Shown: piece after piece, positions 1 through 7,289 of the stretch
How positions within the stretch are numbered: the first letter of the stretch is position 1
Layout of the letters: each line of letters starts with the position of its first letter
DNA from: a virus
Length of the DNA stretch: 39,579 nt
IMG/VR virus record: IMGVR_UViG_3300005326_000030
Strand: one strand, 5' to 3'
Position numbers and translations under genes: made by a program
The notes under the pieces: generated by a model
Databases searched by the model: none
The model's input: the letters and a program-made list of their open reading frames with translations, nothing else
What the model was told of the DNA's origin: nothing

Positions 1-123
1 GGCACTTTTTGATTTGTCAAAAAAATCTGAAGATAATGCCATATTTCTATCATAAATTTCTTGACAGGCTTTAGTAACTTCTATTATTTCTTTTTTTGTT
101 AATTTCATAATTAGAATTTATAA
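1..123. repeat. Terminal direct repeat copy 1, identical to 39457..39579 (circular-assembly overlap)
   Basis: Bases 1-123 match 39457-39579 at every position when compared by eye. Confidence 0.95.
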
Positions 124-365
124 CTTTTAACTTTTAAATTATCTATCATATGGGAAAACTCACAAATCTCTACATCTGACATATTAGAGATTGATCCTAA
201 ATGGCCAAAAAACATACTAATCTTATTTAATTTACTTCTTATCTGTTCTGTATTAAGTCCCATAGAATAAAGTTTTGCATATAAAGCTTTAATATTTTGT
301 TCCCGGAAATTTGCTCTTTGTTCATCAGTCATTCCAGTACCATCATTGTGATAATCTTTATTCAT
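111..365 (-). CDS. Hypothetical early protein, 84 aa
   Basis: ORF track 111..419. Start trimmed to the ATG at 365, which lies 6 nt after a GGAGG; the ATG at 371 directly abuts that GGAGG. Confidence 0.55.
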   Translation of the reverse strand: MNKDYHNDGTGMTDEQRANFREQNIKALYAKLYSMGLNTEQIRSKLNKISMFFGHLGSISNMSDVEICEFSHMIDNLKVKSYKF

Positions 366-486
366 TTTCATCCTCCCAATTATTAGTAATAGGAAAATCG
401 TGATCTTGTTCAGTAGCATTTATAGCATTAGTATCTATTTTATTATTTTCTTTTTCTTCTAAATACATTTGTTCTTGTGTTGGCAT
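358..486 (-). CDS. Small acidic ORF, 42 aa
   Basis: Hand translation gives MPTQEQMYLEEKENNK...NNWEDENE. It fills the gap and overlaps the next start by 8 nt. No SD seen. Confidence 0.25.
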   Translation of the reverse strand: MPTQEQMYLEEKENNKIDTNAINATEQDHDFPITNNWEDENE

Positions 487-551
487 TTTTGTTTATTTAA
501 AGTTTAATAAATTAGTTTACTACTTTACATATTTAATGTCAAGTGAGATGA

Positions 552-950
552 TTAAAACAGTTCTTTTGCGCCACTTTTTAATGGTTTAACATCAAAGTTT
601 CCGAACAAATCTCTTATGTAGCATTTATTGTAATTATTTAACATTCCAATAATATGACCTTTGATTAAATTTCCATTATCAAAATAAGCGATTAATTGAA
701 TTAAATATCTCATACTGCCTATTTTTTCATTTTTGAATCCGTCTATATTTACGACTACCCTATTTTCATCATGACTATCAATTTGATCTGGTTCTGCATT
801 TGTAATAATTTCTTTAATATCTCCATTTAAAATATTTATCTTGTCTTTTAGTAGGTAATATTCCGGTGGTATAACTTCAGCATATTTTCTAGCTCTTTCT
901 TTATTAACGATTTTGTTTTTTTCATCTAAAATTTGTTTTATTGTTTGCAT
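552..950 (-). CDS. Hypothetical protein, 132 aa
   Basis: Long ORF in the co-directional array. No motif recognised. Confidence 0.6.
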   Translation of the reverse strand: MQTIKQILDEKNKIVNKERARKYAEVIPPEYYLLKDKINILNGDIKEIITNAEPDQIDSHDENRVVVNIDGFKNEKIGSMRYLIQLIAYFDNGNLIKGHIIGMLNNYNKCYIRDLFGNFDVKPLKSGAKELF

Positions 951-954
951 ATAT

Positions 955-1605
955 TTATTTAATAATTAATATTTTTTTATCCTCTATTCGTTTCTGTACC
1001 CAATTCATAAGTCCAGCTTTATAATCTTTATAAACTTTACCTTTACTCTTTGCCCATAGATACATTGAGTCATAAGTAGTTTTTACATCTGATAATTTAA
1101 TATGATAATGGTCTGCTATTCTTTGCATTAATTCATCATCTATTTTTTCAATATCACTATATATATTTATTGGTTTATAGTTTATAGTTTTGGATTTATA
1201 GTTTATGGATAGGTTACTAACCTCTTTGTTACCACTTATTAACCCCTTAAAATATTCAGTAACATCCAATGGAATTTTGTTTATTTCATCTTGTTTAGAA
1301 CTCATTACTCGATCTCTACCTTGATAATCTAAATAAGCAAAATTATGATTTTGAAATATCCAACCATTGTAAAAATAACACCATCCTAAAGTTTGCAATT
1401 CTTGTTTTGCTTTCTCCCATTCACTATTATTAAGACCGGTACAATAAGTAGCGTATTTATCAGTAATAAAAGAATAAGGAGACAATCCAAGTTTTGGATT
1501 ATTTATTAGAAAATTTATAGCAATACGTGAGTCTTTACTTAATTCGGCAATTTTATCGTTCTCCCATATCGCAGGGTTTACAATCCTTGTTTTCATAATC
1601 ATCAT
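955..1605 (-). CDS. Replisome-organizer / replication-initiation-like protein
   Basis: The N-terminus (IVNPAIWENDKIAELSKDSRIAINFLI) resembles phage replisome-organizer N-domains. The true start may be the ATG at 1596. Confidence 0.35.
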   Translation of the reverse strand: MMIMKTRIVNPAIWENDKIAELSKDSRIAINFLINNPKLGLSPYSFITDKYATYCTGLNNSEWEKAKQELQTLGWCYFYNGWIFQNHNFAYLDYQGRDRVMSSKQDEINKIPLDVTEYFKGLISGNKEVSNLSINYKSKTINYKPINIYSDIEKIDDELMQRIADHYHIKLSDVKTTYDSMYLWAKSKGKVYKDYKAGLMNWVQKRIEDKKILIIK

Positions 1606-1753
1606 TAATTATTAACTTACCAGTCATATTATCTATAATAATAATTCCAGTACCCTTACACGTAGGACAAACTACTCTATATGGCGGTTTACCTTTAGAA
1701 CCGTAGCCAGAGCAATTTACGCATTGTTTAGTGGTGAAGTTTTCATCATTCAT
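1553..1753 (-). CDS. Small DnaJ-type zinc-finger protein
   Basis: Two CxxCxGxG repeats (CVNCSGYG and CPTCKGTG). Confidence 0.55.
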   Translation of the reverse strand: MNDENFTTKQCVNCSGYGSKGKPPYRVVCPTCKGTGIIIIDNMTGKLIINDDYENKDCKPCDMGER

Positions 1754-1826
1754 ATCATCATTTTAATCATTAATTACTATCATTAAACCACTATTATAAT
1801 AACCAGTCAATTAATACAAACTATAT

Positions 1827-1865
1827 CAAAAAAACCTCTACGGTGTATTTCTACAATGATAGAGG
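1827..1865 (-). terminator. Intrinsic-terminator-like hairpin plus T7, preceded by TATAAT at 1879..1884
   Basis: Minus strand reads CCTCTA...TAGAGG (1835-1840 / 1860-1865), followed by seven T (plus-strand A-run 1828-1834). Confidence 0.6.
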
Positions 1866-1885
1866 CGTTGATTACTTTATTATAT

Positions 1886-1919
1886 TAAAAAAAATACCCC
1901 CTTATTTCTAAGAGGATAT
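1886..1919 (-). terminator. Strong intrinsic-terminator-like hairpin plus T8
   Basis: Minus strand reads ATATCCTCTTA-GAAA-TAAGGGGGTAT (about 11 bp including G-U pairs), followed by eight T (plus-strand A-run 1887-1894). Confidence 0.65.
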
Positions 1920-1998
1920 TTTAACTTGAGTATCAGTCTAGTCAATTAATTATATCATTTAATATCTAATTACTGGAGTTTAATTATTTAATAATTAA

Positions 1999-2226
1999 TT
2001 ATTTACCACTACTAATGATACCTAATATTGGTTCATCTTTAACATCTAATTCTAAACTTCTTCTATTGTCAAAAAGTGTATTTCTGATAAGAGATTTAAC
2101 TGCTTCACTTTGATGAGTTTCTGGAAAAGTAGCATCAACTATCGTTAATAGTTGACCTTCCATATAACTAAAACGATTTTGCCATCTTTCGTATGATGTT
2201 TTTGGATTATTTTGTTTTTCTGACAT
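1999..2226 (-). CDS. Hypothetical protein, 75 aa; first gene of the leftward early transcript
   Basis: ORF with the SD AAAGGAG 7 nt upstream. It is followed by two tandem terminators. Confidence 0.6.
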   Translation of the reverse strand: MSEKQNNPKTSYERWQNRFSYMEGQLLTIVDATFPETHQSEAVKSLIRNTLFDNRRSLELDVKDEPILGIISSGK

Positions 2227-2286
2227 AACTTAACTCCTTTTAAACTTAACTAGACTCCAGCAACCAGATATTTAATGTACATAATA

Positions 2287-2295
2287 ATTATATCA
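2287..2295 (-). promoter_or_regulatory. Extended -10 promoter (TGATATAAT) for the leftward operon
   Basis: The minus strand reads TGATATAAT about 60 nt upstream of the 1999..2226 start. Confidence 0.5.
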
Positions 2296-2306
2296 TTATC
2301 ATCTAC

Positions 2307-2335
2307 TTGACATAATAATTGTAAAGGGGTATTAT
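2307..2335 (+). promoter_or_regulatory. Sigma70-type promoter TTGACA-17 nt-TATTAT for the rightward transcript
   Basis: TTGACA at 2307-2312, a 17-nt spacer, then TATTAT at 2330-2335. It sits back to back with the leftward promoter. Confidence 0.6.
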
Positions 2336-2444
2336 AAAACCATAACGATACTGGCAACGTTAAGAAACACTAACCAGAACCACTAGACCGCAGAATCTAG
2401 TTTAAAAGATACTCAAAGCACATTTAACAATTAAGTCTTAGAAC

Positions 2445-2580
2445 ACAGGAGTGGTGGAATAGGTAGACACTATAATGACGTAGTCAAGAAGGGAAAACAT
2501 GCTTATTACTGGACGTCATAGGTAGTAAGTATTCTTCCAATCTTGAGAATACTGTAAGGTGCAAATCCTTACCTCCTGTA
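2445..2580 (+). ncRNA. tRNA-like element: Leu-like D-arm, acceptor and T-arm, with an oversized non-canonical central region
   Basis: Acceptor ACAGGAG / CTCCTGT (7 bp), then U8 and G9. D-arm GTG-GAATAGGTAGA-CAC. T-arm TAAGG-TGCAAAT-CCTTA. Two long hairpins (ATGACGT/ACGTCAT and AGTATTCT/AGAATACT) replace a normal anticodon arm. Total length 136 nt. Confidence 0.4.
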
Positions 2581-2650
2581 TCTAGGACTTAATAAAACAA
2601 AACTCAAAGCCAGTAGAAATACTGAAAAGTGGGACACGTACATTAACAAA

Positions 2651-2732
2651 AACTATAGAGTAGGACAGAAGACATTGGACTGGATACAGTTACTGCCCAG
2701 ACAACACAATGTCTTTCTCTTGCTCTATAGTT
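2651..2732 (+). other. Long imperfect hairpin in the leader just upstream of the plus-strand genes
   Basis: Outer stem AACTATAGAG / CTCTATAGTT (10 bp). Inner stem AAGACATTG / CAATGTCTT (9 bp). Followed by T-rich sequence. Confidence 0.5.
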
Positions 2733-2756
2733 TAGTTAAATATTTATTAAACAATT

Positions 2757-3284
2757 ATGAGAAACAAAAAAACAGGACAATTTAGAAAATTTAGTTTAGG
2801 TTTTAAATTAAAATTAGCCTTTGCTAAATGGTACGAAATAAATAAATATAAAATAGCAGGAGTGGTTGGTGGATTAATAATTGGAACATTATTAGGATTT
2901 GCATTATTTACTAAATATGACTCACCACAGCCACTAGAAATGAAAGTAAATGCAAAAGAGGAAAATATTACACCTACACCAAAAATCACTTGGAATGACG
3001 CTATAAGAGAGGTATTTCCAGCAGATGAAGCAGGTAAGATGATTAGAATTTGTATGACCGAAAATAAAAGACAAAGTCCTTATGCTTTAAATGAAAATAC
3101 TAACGGCACTTATGATTATTCGTGGTGCCAAGTAAATTCCTGTCATAAACCAAAAGATATGACTGATAGTGAATGGAAAGAAAACTTAGAAGACCCAAGA
3201 TTTAATGCTAAACAAGTTAGAAAAATATATTTATCTCAGGGTTGGTCAGCATGGGTAGTATTTAATAAAAATTTAGTTAAATAA
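2757..3284 (+). CDS. Membrane-anchored lytic transglycosylase (SLT / lysozyme-like)
   Basis: N-terminal TM segment (IAGVVGGLIIGTLLGFALF). SLT-like motif TENKRQSPYALNENTNGTYDYSWCQVNS. Confidence 0.65.
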   Translation: MRNKKTGQFRKFSLGFKLKLAFAKWYEINKYKIAGVVGGLIIGTLLGFALFTKYDSPQPLEMKVNAKEENITPTPKITWNDAIREVFPADEAGKMIRICMTENKRQSPYALNENTNGTYDYSWCQVNSCHKPKDMTDSEWKENLEDPRFNAKQVRKIYLSQGWSAWVVFNKNLVK

Positions 3285-3285
3285 T

Positions 3286-3606
3286 ATGAACACTAAACAA
3301 CAAGCTTTTGATCTATTTGAACAGAAAAGAAAAGAGTTTTTAGATTACTGTAGATGGATTGCTATAAGAGAATATAAAAAGAAAGGTAATTTAACTATTG
3401 ATGACGTTAGAGATCAAGTAAAAGTACCAGATGGAGTTAATGCTAAAGTATTTGGAGCAGTATTTGATAAAGATTGGGAAATAGTCTCTTATGTTAAAAC
3501 TACTAGACAAACTTCTCACGGTAGACGTGTTGCTGTATGGAAGTTAATCAATGAACCAAAAGTAAGTTATAATTATTTAGACAATGGTCAAATTAGTTTT
3601 ATTTGA
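3286..3606 (+). CDS. Hypothetical protein, 106 aa
   Basis: ORF tightly coupled to the previous gene. Confidence 0.55.
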   Translation: MNTKQQAFDLFEQKRKEFLDYCRWIAIREYKKKGNLTIDDVRDQVKVPDGVNAKVFGAVFDKDWEIVSYVKTTRQTSHGRRVAVWKLINEPKVSYNYLDNGQISFI

Positions 3607-3656
3607 TGAAGTTACTAATACATATAGAGAATTATGATTAAACTAAAACAAATAAA

Positions 3657-3827
3657 ATGAAAATAAATAAAAAAATAGAAAATATAATCCTTGATATTTA
3701 TGAAATATCATTAGCATTACAACACATTCCGACTGTTAATAGTTTAGAGAAAAAACAAACTTATGAACTTGGAGTAATGTTAGAAAAATTATATGAAAAA
3801 CTCTGTATAGAATTATATAAAAATTAA
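3657..3827 (+). CDS. Small hypothetical protein, 56 aa
   Basis: Hand translation gives MKINKKIENIILDIYEIS...LYKN. It fills a gap below the ORF-track length threshold. Confidence 0.35.
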   Translation: MKINKKIENIILDIYEISLALQHIPTVNSLEKKQTYELGVMLEKLYEKLCIELYKN

Positions 3828-3841
3828 TATTTAAAATAAAA

Positions 3842-4000
3842 ATGAATACTAAAGAACTTTCTAAAAGTTTAAGAATATCTATGACTACTGTTAAAAAAAT
3901 GTTACGATTTAATCTAATTAAACATCACAAAGAAAATAGAAAGAATATAATAGATGAAACAGTCGATGAATATTTAAAACGATATGAGAAGAAAAATTAA
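3842..4000 (+). CDS. Small HTH DNA-binding protein, 52 aa
   Basis: Hand translation gives MNTKELSKSLRISMTTVKKML..., which is HTH-like. It overlaps the next start. Confidence 0.4.
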   Translation: MNTKELSKSLRISMTTVKKMLRFNLIKHHKENRKNIIDETVDEYLKRYEKKN

Positions 4001-4463
4001 CCCAAGTAAAGAAATATTTGATGAAATATATAATCTTAAAAAAATATATGGTAAGAGTAAACCTAAGTGTAAAGGATTAAAAAGAAAAACTACTCATAAA
4101 ATAAATCACGAAGAAATAGAAAGATTAAGAGGACGAGCAGACGCTTTATTTCAAATAAGAGGTAAAGAGATGTTTCCTTATTCAATAATTAGTGGTGAAC
4201 CAGTAGAGGTAATCCATCATTTTATCTACAAATCACAGGCTAAATCATTAAGATATGACTTTGATAATGCCATTCCACTTACAAATTCCGAACATTGTAG
4301 ACATCATAAATCAGGAGATCCTACTATAGTATCTGAAATATTAAGAAAGAAAGGTTTAAAATGGGAAGAAAATTTACAGATTAAAAGACGAATATTAACT
4401 AAAAATACTAAAGAATATCTTGAAAGTGTGATTGAAAGACTGTCAACACCATTACCGTTTTAA
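3984..4463 (+). CDS. ninG: NinG/Rap-like recombination endonuclease
   Basis: HHFIYKSQAKSLRYDFDNAIPLTNSEHCRHHKSGDP aligns by eye with the lambda NinG core GHY..LRF.E.N....C..CN.HKSGN. Confidence 0.5.
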   Translation: MRRKINPSKEIFDEIYNLKKIYGKSKPKCKGLKRKTTHKINHEEIERLRGRADALFQIRGKEMFPYSIISGEPVEVIHHFIYKSQAKSLRYDFDNAIPLTNSEHCRHHKSGDPTIVSEILRKKGLKWEENLQIKRRILTKNTKEYLESVIERLSTPLPF

Positions 4464-4556
4464 AATAAAACTATTAGTGTTAAAACTAGACAAAATATAC
4501 AGACAATATAATAAGTTACCTTATTCTCATTATCTTTCATTTCCTGTATAGTTCTG

Positions 4557-5303
4557 TCAATAATATTTTCCATTAAATACAAAATGGTCTTTTGAACTAA
4601 TAACTGGATAAATATTAAAATTACCATTTGGCATTATATAGAACACTCCAAAACCATTTACCCAAGCACTAGGCTTATCTTTCATGTATCTAGGGTTCAT
4701 ATCACAAGCACAGGGCATTGAAATAGCCATATGTGCTTCACCATCTACAGGTGTTACTTTAGTAAATGATTGTGGTGTATGACAATGACCATAGACAATA
4801 TTCTTTTCAAATACATCAACCATTTTAGAAGCATGATATTTACAAGTATATTCTCCATGATGAAAATAAATCTTACCTATTTTTACTGTCTGACGATAAC
4901 GATATATTTCCCAACCATCTAAATGCAAATTACGTTCTATTTCACAAAATCCTTCTAGTTCAGGATATTTATCTATGTATTGTTCTAGCCATTCACTATG
5001 ATTTCCATACATCCAAATTTTTCTACAAGTATCCGGTAATGAAACATTAACTTGATCTAATATTTCTGAATTATAATCATCGTAAGCCTTACGTAATCTT
5101 TTACCCTCCATTCCTCTACGATTACCTTTATCTATTTCCCAATGGTTTACAGCGTCCATATCGAGATTATCACCTCCAAAAACAAAAAAATCGGGTTTTA
5201 TATCCCCGATTACTCTTAAAATGTTTTCCCAAAGTTTCTTATTATGATTGGGAAAATGTTGATCCCAAACTCCAATTCCAACCTTAACATCTTCAGTTGT
5301 CAT
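4557..5303 (-). CDS. Calcineurin-like metallophosphoesterase
   Basis: Motifs DQH, GGDNLD, GNHSEW, HHGE and GHCH appear in the canonical order. Confidence 0.75.
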   Translation of the reverse strand: MTTEDVKVGIGVWDQHFPNHNKKLWENILRVIGDIKPDFFVFGGDNLDMDAVNHWEIDKGNRRGMEGKRLRKAYDDYNSEILDQVNVSLPDTCRKIWMYGNHSEWLEQYIDKYPELEGFCEIERNLHLDGWEIYRYRQTVKIGKIYFHHGEYTCKYHASKMVDVFEKNIVYGHCHTPQSFTKVTPVDGEAHMAISMPCACDMNPRYMKDKPSAWVNGFGVFYIMPNGNFNIYPVISSKDHFVFNGKYY

Positions 5304-5482
5304 TTATAACTGGATTATACCGCAAATACTCCGAACAATAAATTAGGACAATCTAATACTTTCTATATCAATATTAGCACTCATTTACATATTGTGCTAA
5401 AATATAGGTGTACACGTACAAGACCGACATTGATAACATCAAAAAGTTATCCATCTACCACGATTAAATGCCGGTCTTTATT

Positions 5483-5746
5483 TTATTTCTCTTGAACGAA
5501 TTTTTTTAATAAATCAATGGTGATATTTAATCCCCAAAGATAAATTGAATACAGAGCTTCTTTAATAGGAACTCCTGTCTGAATAGCTGTTAAGAAAATT
5601 ATTAAAGCTGGTGCAAGAAATGTTAAAGTATTCTTTCCCCATTTTAAAAGATCTTCTTTATTTAAAGAAAATTTTTTTGACATAATTTTTATTTTTAATA
5701 AATAACTTGTTTTGTCTGTTAAACAGTTTAATTTTATACGTCTCAT
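5483..5746 (-). CDS. Putative holin, two TM segments, possible dual start
   Basis: TM segments TLTFLAPALIIFLTAIQTG and ALYSIYLWGLNITIDLL. SD AGGTGA lies 6 nt before the ATG at 5746. A second in-frame start (MSKKF) is at 5683. Confidence 0.5.
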   Translation of the reverse strand: MRRIKLNCLTDKTSYLLKIKIMSKKFSLNKEDLLKWGKNTLTFLAPALIIFLTAIQTGVPIKEALYSIYLWGLNITIDLLKKFVQEK

Positions 5747-5808
5747 AGTAAATCACCTATTATAGGTTATTAGCAGTTAGTCTTATAGACTGCTACACTA
5801 GGTTTACT

Positions 5809-6264
5809 TTATACTTTGCAATAACTATCCGACCAATAGTATCTTTCTGCATCCTTGCGTGCTTGGATAGCTTCTTTTAGTGTATCAAATGTTCCTATAT
5901 GAACTTTCTTATAATTTGTTTTAATACCTACTGTAAATTTACCTTTCCAACCAATAGATACTCCAGTACAACCTGTTTTATTATTTGGTCTTAATTGATT
6001 TCTTAAGTTTTCTTGTATAGTACATATTCTTAGATTGCATTTTCTATTATCTAATGGATTTCTATTTATATGATCTATTACCATATTTTTAGGATTACCC
6101 ATTATTAATCTATGTAAACCAATCTTAGTTGGATTTAATCTTACATATAAAAATTGACCTACTTTATGTAGATATGTTTTTTCTTTATTAAAGAGCTTTA
6201 AATCTTCTTTATCTACTAAAACATAGTGTGTACCATGAGTAGGAGAAGTAATTTTTATTTTCAT
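5809..6264 (-). CDS. HNH homing endonuclease with AP2-type DNA-binding domain
   Basis: HNH_3-like segment DHINRNPLDNRKCNLR. AP2-like segment TGVSIGWKGKFTVGIKTNYKKVHIGTFDTLKEAIQARKDAE. Confidence 0.75.
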   Translation of the reverse strand: MKIKITSPTHGTHYVLVDKEDLKLFNKEKTYLHKVGQFLYVRLNPTKIGLHRLIMGNPKNMVIDHINRNPLDNRKCNLRICTIQENLRNQLRPNNKTGCTGVSIGWKGKFTVGIKTNYKKVHIGTFDTLKEAIQARKDAERYYWSDSYCKV

Positions 6265-6302
6265 TAATTAATTTTATCATATTGGGTTAGTATGGTCAAA
6301 TT

Positions 6303-6719
6303 CTATTTTTTAGGTGACAACCATCCGAGAACTCCTTTATAATTAAATCTCCTTAAATTACATGGAGAACCTGTACCGTAGTTTTGGTTGAAGACAATTA
6401 AATTATTAACATTAGCTGATACTACTATACCAACATGACCAGCTATTCCAGTAACAAAAGGATAGGTTTTCCAAAATATAATATCTCCTTTTTTAGGTAT
6501 TCCTTTTGGAGTATTTTTAATTTGAGTAAAGTATTTACTATTAAACTTATAAAACATATTCTTAGCATAGTTATTTGCTGGTATTGCTTCATAAGGATTT
6601 AAACCCATACATTCAATAATGTATTCACGTATACAATCCACACACTGAAAACCCCAATGTTGATCGTAATCTATAAACTTTCCATTATTTTTTTCTATAA
6701 ATTTATCAAATGTAATCAT
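6303..6719 (-). CDS. CHAP-domain endolysin (peptidoglycan amidase/endopeptidase)
   Basis: Catalytic Cys context WGFQCVDCIREY and His context GHVGIVV. Confidence 0.75.
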   Translation of the reverse strand: MITFDKFIEKNNGKFIDYDQHWGFQCVDCIREYIIECMGLNPYEAIPANNYAKNMFYKFNSKYFTQIKNTPKGIPKKGDIIFWKTYPFVTGIAGHVGIVVSANVNNLIVFNQNYGTGSPCNLRRFNYKGVLGWLSPKK

Positions 6720-6857
6720 AAGTTATTATAACAAATTATAAAAGTGTTGGTTCTAAACAAAGAGGACTTTTATATGCACCAGTCATTAATAAATAGAAAA
6801 TAAATATTTCTAATATTAACATTCCTATAATAATAAAACTAACAGCTTTATTATACT

Positions 6858-7067
6858 TTACCATTTTGCTTGTACTCCTGTTTTATTTAAAACTAAAGCC
6901 ACTAAAGCACCTACGACTGCAAAAAGAATAACACCTGTCATTCCATAAACTAATCGTTCTACTGGAGTAAAACGATCAATTGAAACATAACAACTTTTAA
7001 CCTCTTGTCTAAAATCATTTATAGCTTTAAGAATATCAGAATTAGTTATGTTTTCTTCGTTTTTCAT
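6858..7067 (-). CDS. XhlA-like lysis-associated membrane protein
   Basis: N-terminal coiled region plus a single C-terminal TM (GVILFAVVGALVALVL). Located in the lysis cassette. Confidence 0.4.
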   Translation of the reverse strand: MKNEENITNSDILKAINDFRQEVKSCYVSIDRFTPVERLVYGMTGVILFAVVGALVALVLNKTGVQAKW

Positions 7068-7168
7068 GCAATTCTTTTAGGTTTACCATAATTAATATTA
7101 TTAGTTTTCTTTTTGATTACATATTTAGTACCTTTTTTATTCTTTACAGTTATAGATTTTATTGACAT
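7064..7168 (-). CDS. Small basic ORF, 34 aa
   Basis: Hand translation gives MSIKSITVKNKKGTKYVIKKK... Start and stop overlap both neighbouring genes. Confidence 0.3.
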   Translation of the reverse strand: MSIKSITVKNKKGTKYVIKKKTNNINYGKPKRIA

Positions 7169-7287
7169 GTTTGTATTTCAGTAATAAATAATTGAGATAG
7201 AGTTTTATTTATATTAAATAAAAATATAGTATTAATTACTAATAGGGCAATTATTAATAATTTAATTAATTTATAAGTTGATTTCAT
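7159..7287 (-). CDS. Small single-TM ORF, 42 aa
   Basis: Hand translation gives MKSTYKLIKLLIIALLVINTIFLF... Located in the lysis region. Confidence 0.35.
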   Translation of the reverse strand: MKSTYKLIKLLIIALLVINTIFLFNINKTLSQLFITEIQTCQ

Positions 7288-7289
7288 AG

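Noticed and set aside
1-123. The 123-bp end repeat as a physical direct terminal repeat or a mobile-element boundary.
   Set aside because: The repeat lies within coding sequence and is exact, which is best explained as the overlap of a circular assembly. It cannot be settled without read data.
2445-2580. Calling a canonical tRNA-Leu gene.
   Set aside because: It is 136 nt long, has no 5-bp/7-nt anticodon arm with U33, has G at position 55 and has one extra nucleotide before the 3' acceptor strand. It is therefore reported only as tRNA-like.
2411-2610. A miniature transposable element, given the 9-nt direct repeats ACTCAAAGC plus the inverted 10-mers around the tRNA-like unit.
   Set aside because: The direct repeats are 11-13 nt away from the inverted segments instead of abutting them. 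The inverted segments are better explained as an RNA helix. The evidence is too thin.
2747-2989. Minus-strand 80-aa ORF overlapping the start of the plus-strand gene.
   Set aside because: The plus-strand ORF carries a recognisable TM segment and SLT domain. The minus-strand ORF is hydrophobic AT-rich noise with no promoter context.
4464-4556. Bidirectional terminator between the convergent NinG-like and phosphoesterase genes.
   Set aside because: Only weak AT-rich 4-6 bp stems (for example AATAAG-TTAC-CTTATT) could be found, which is not convincing enough to annotate.
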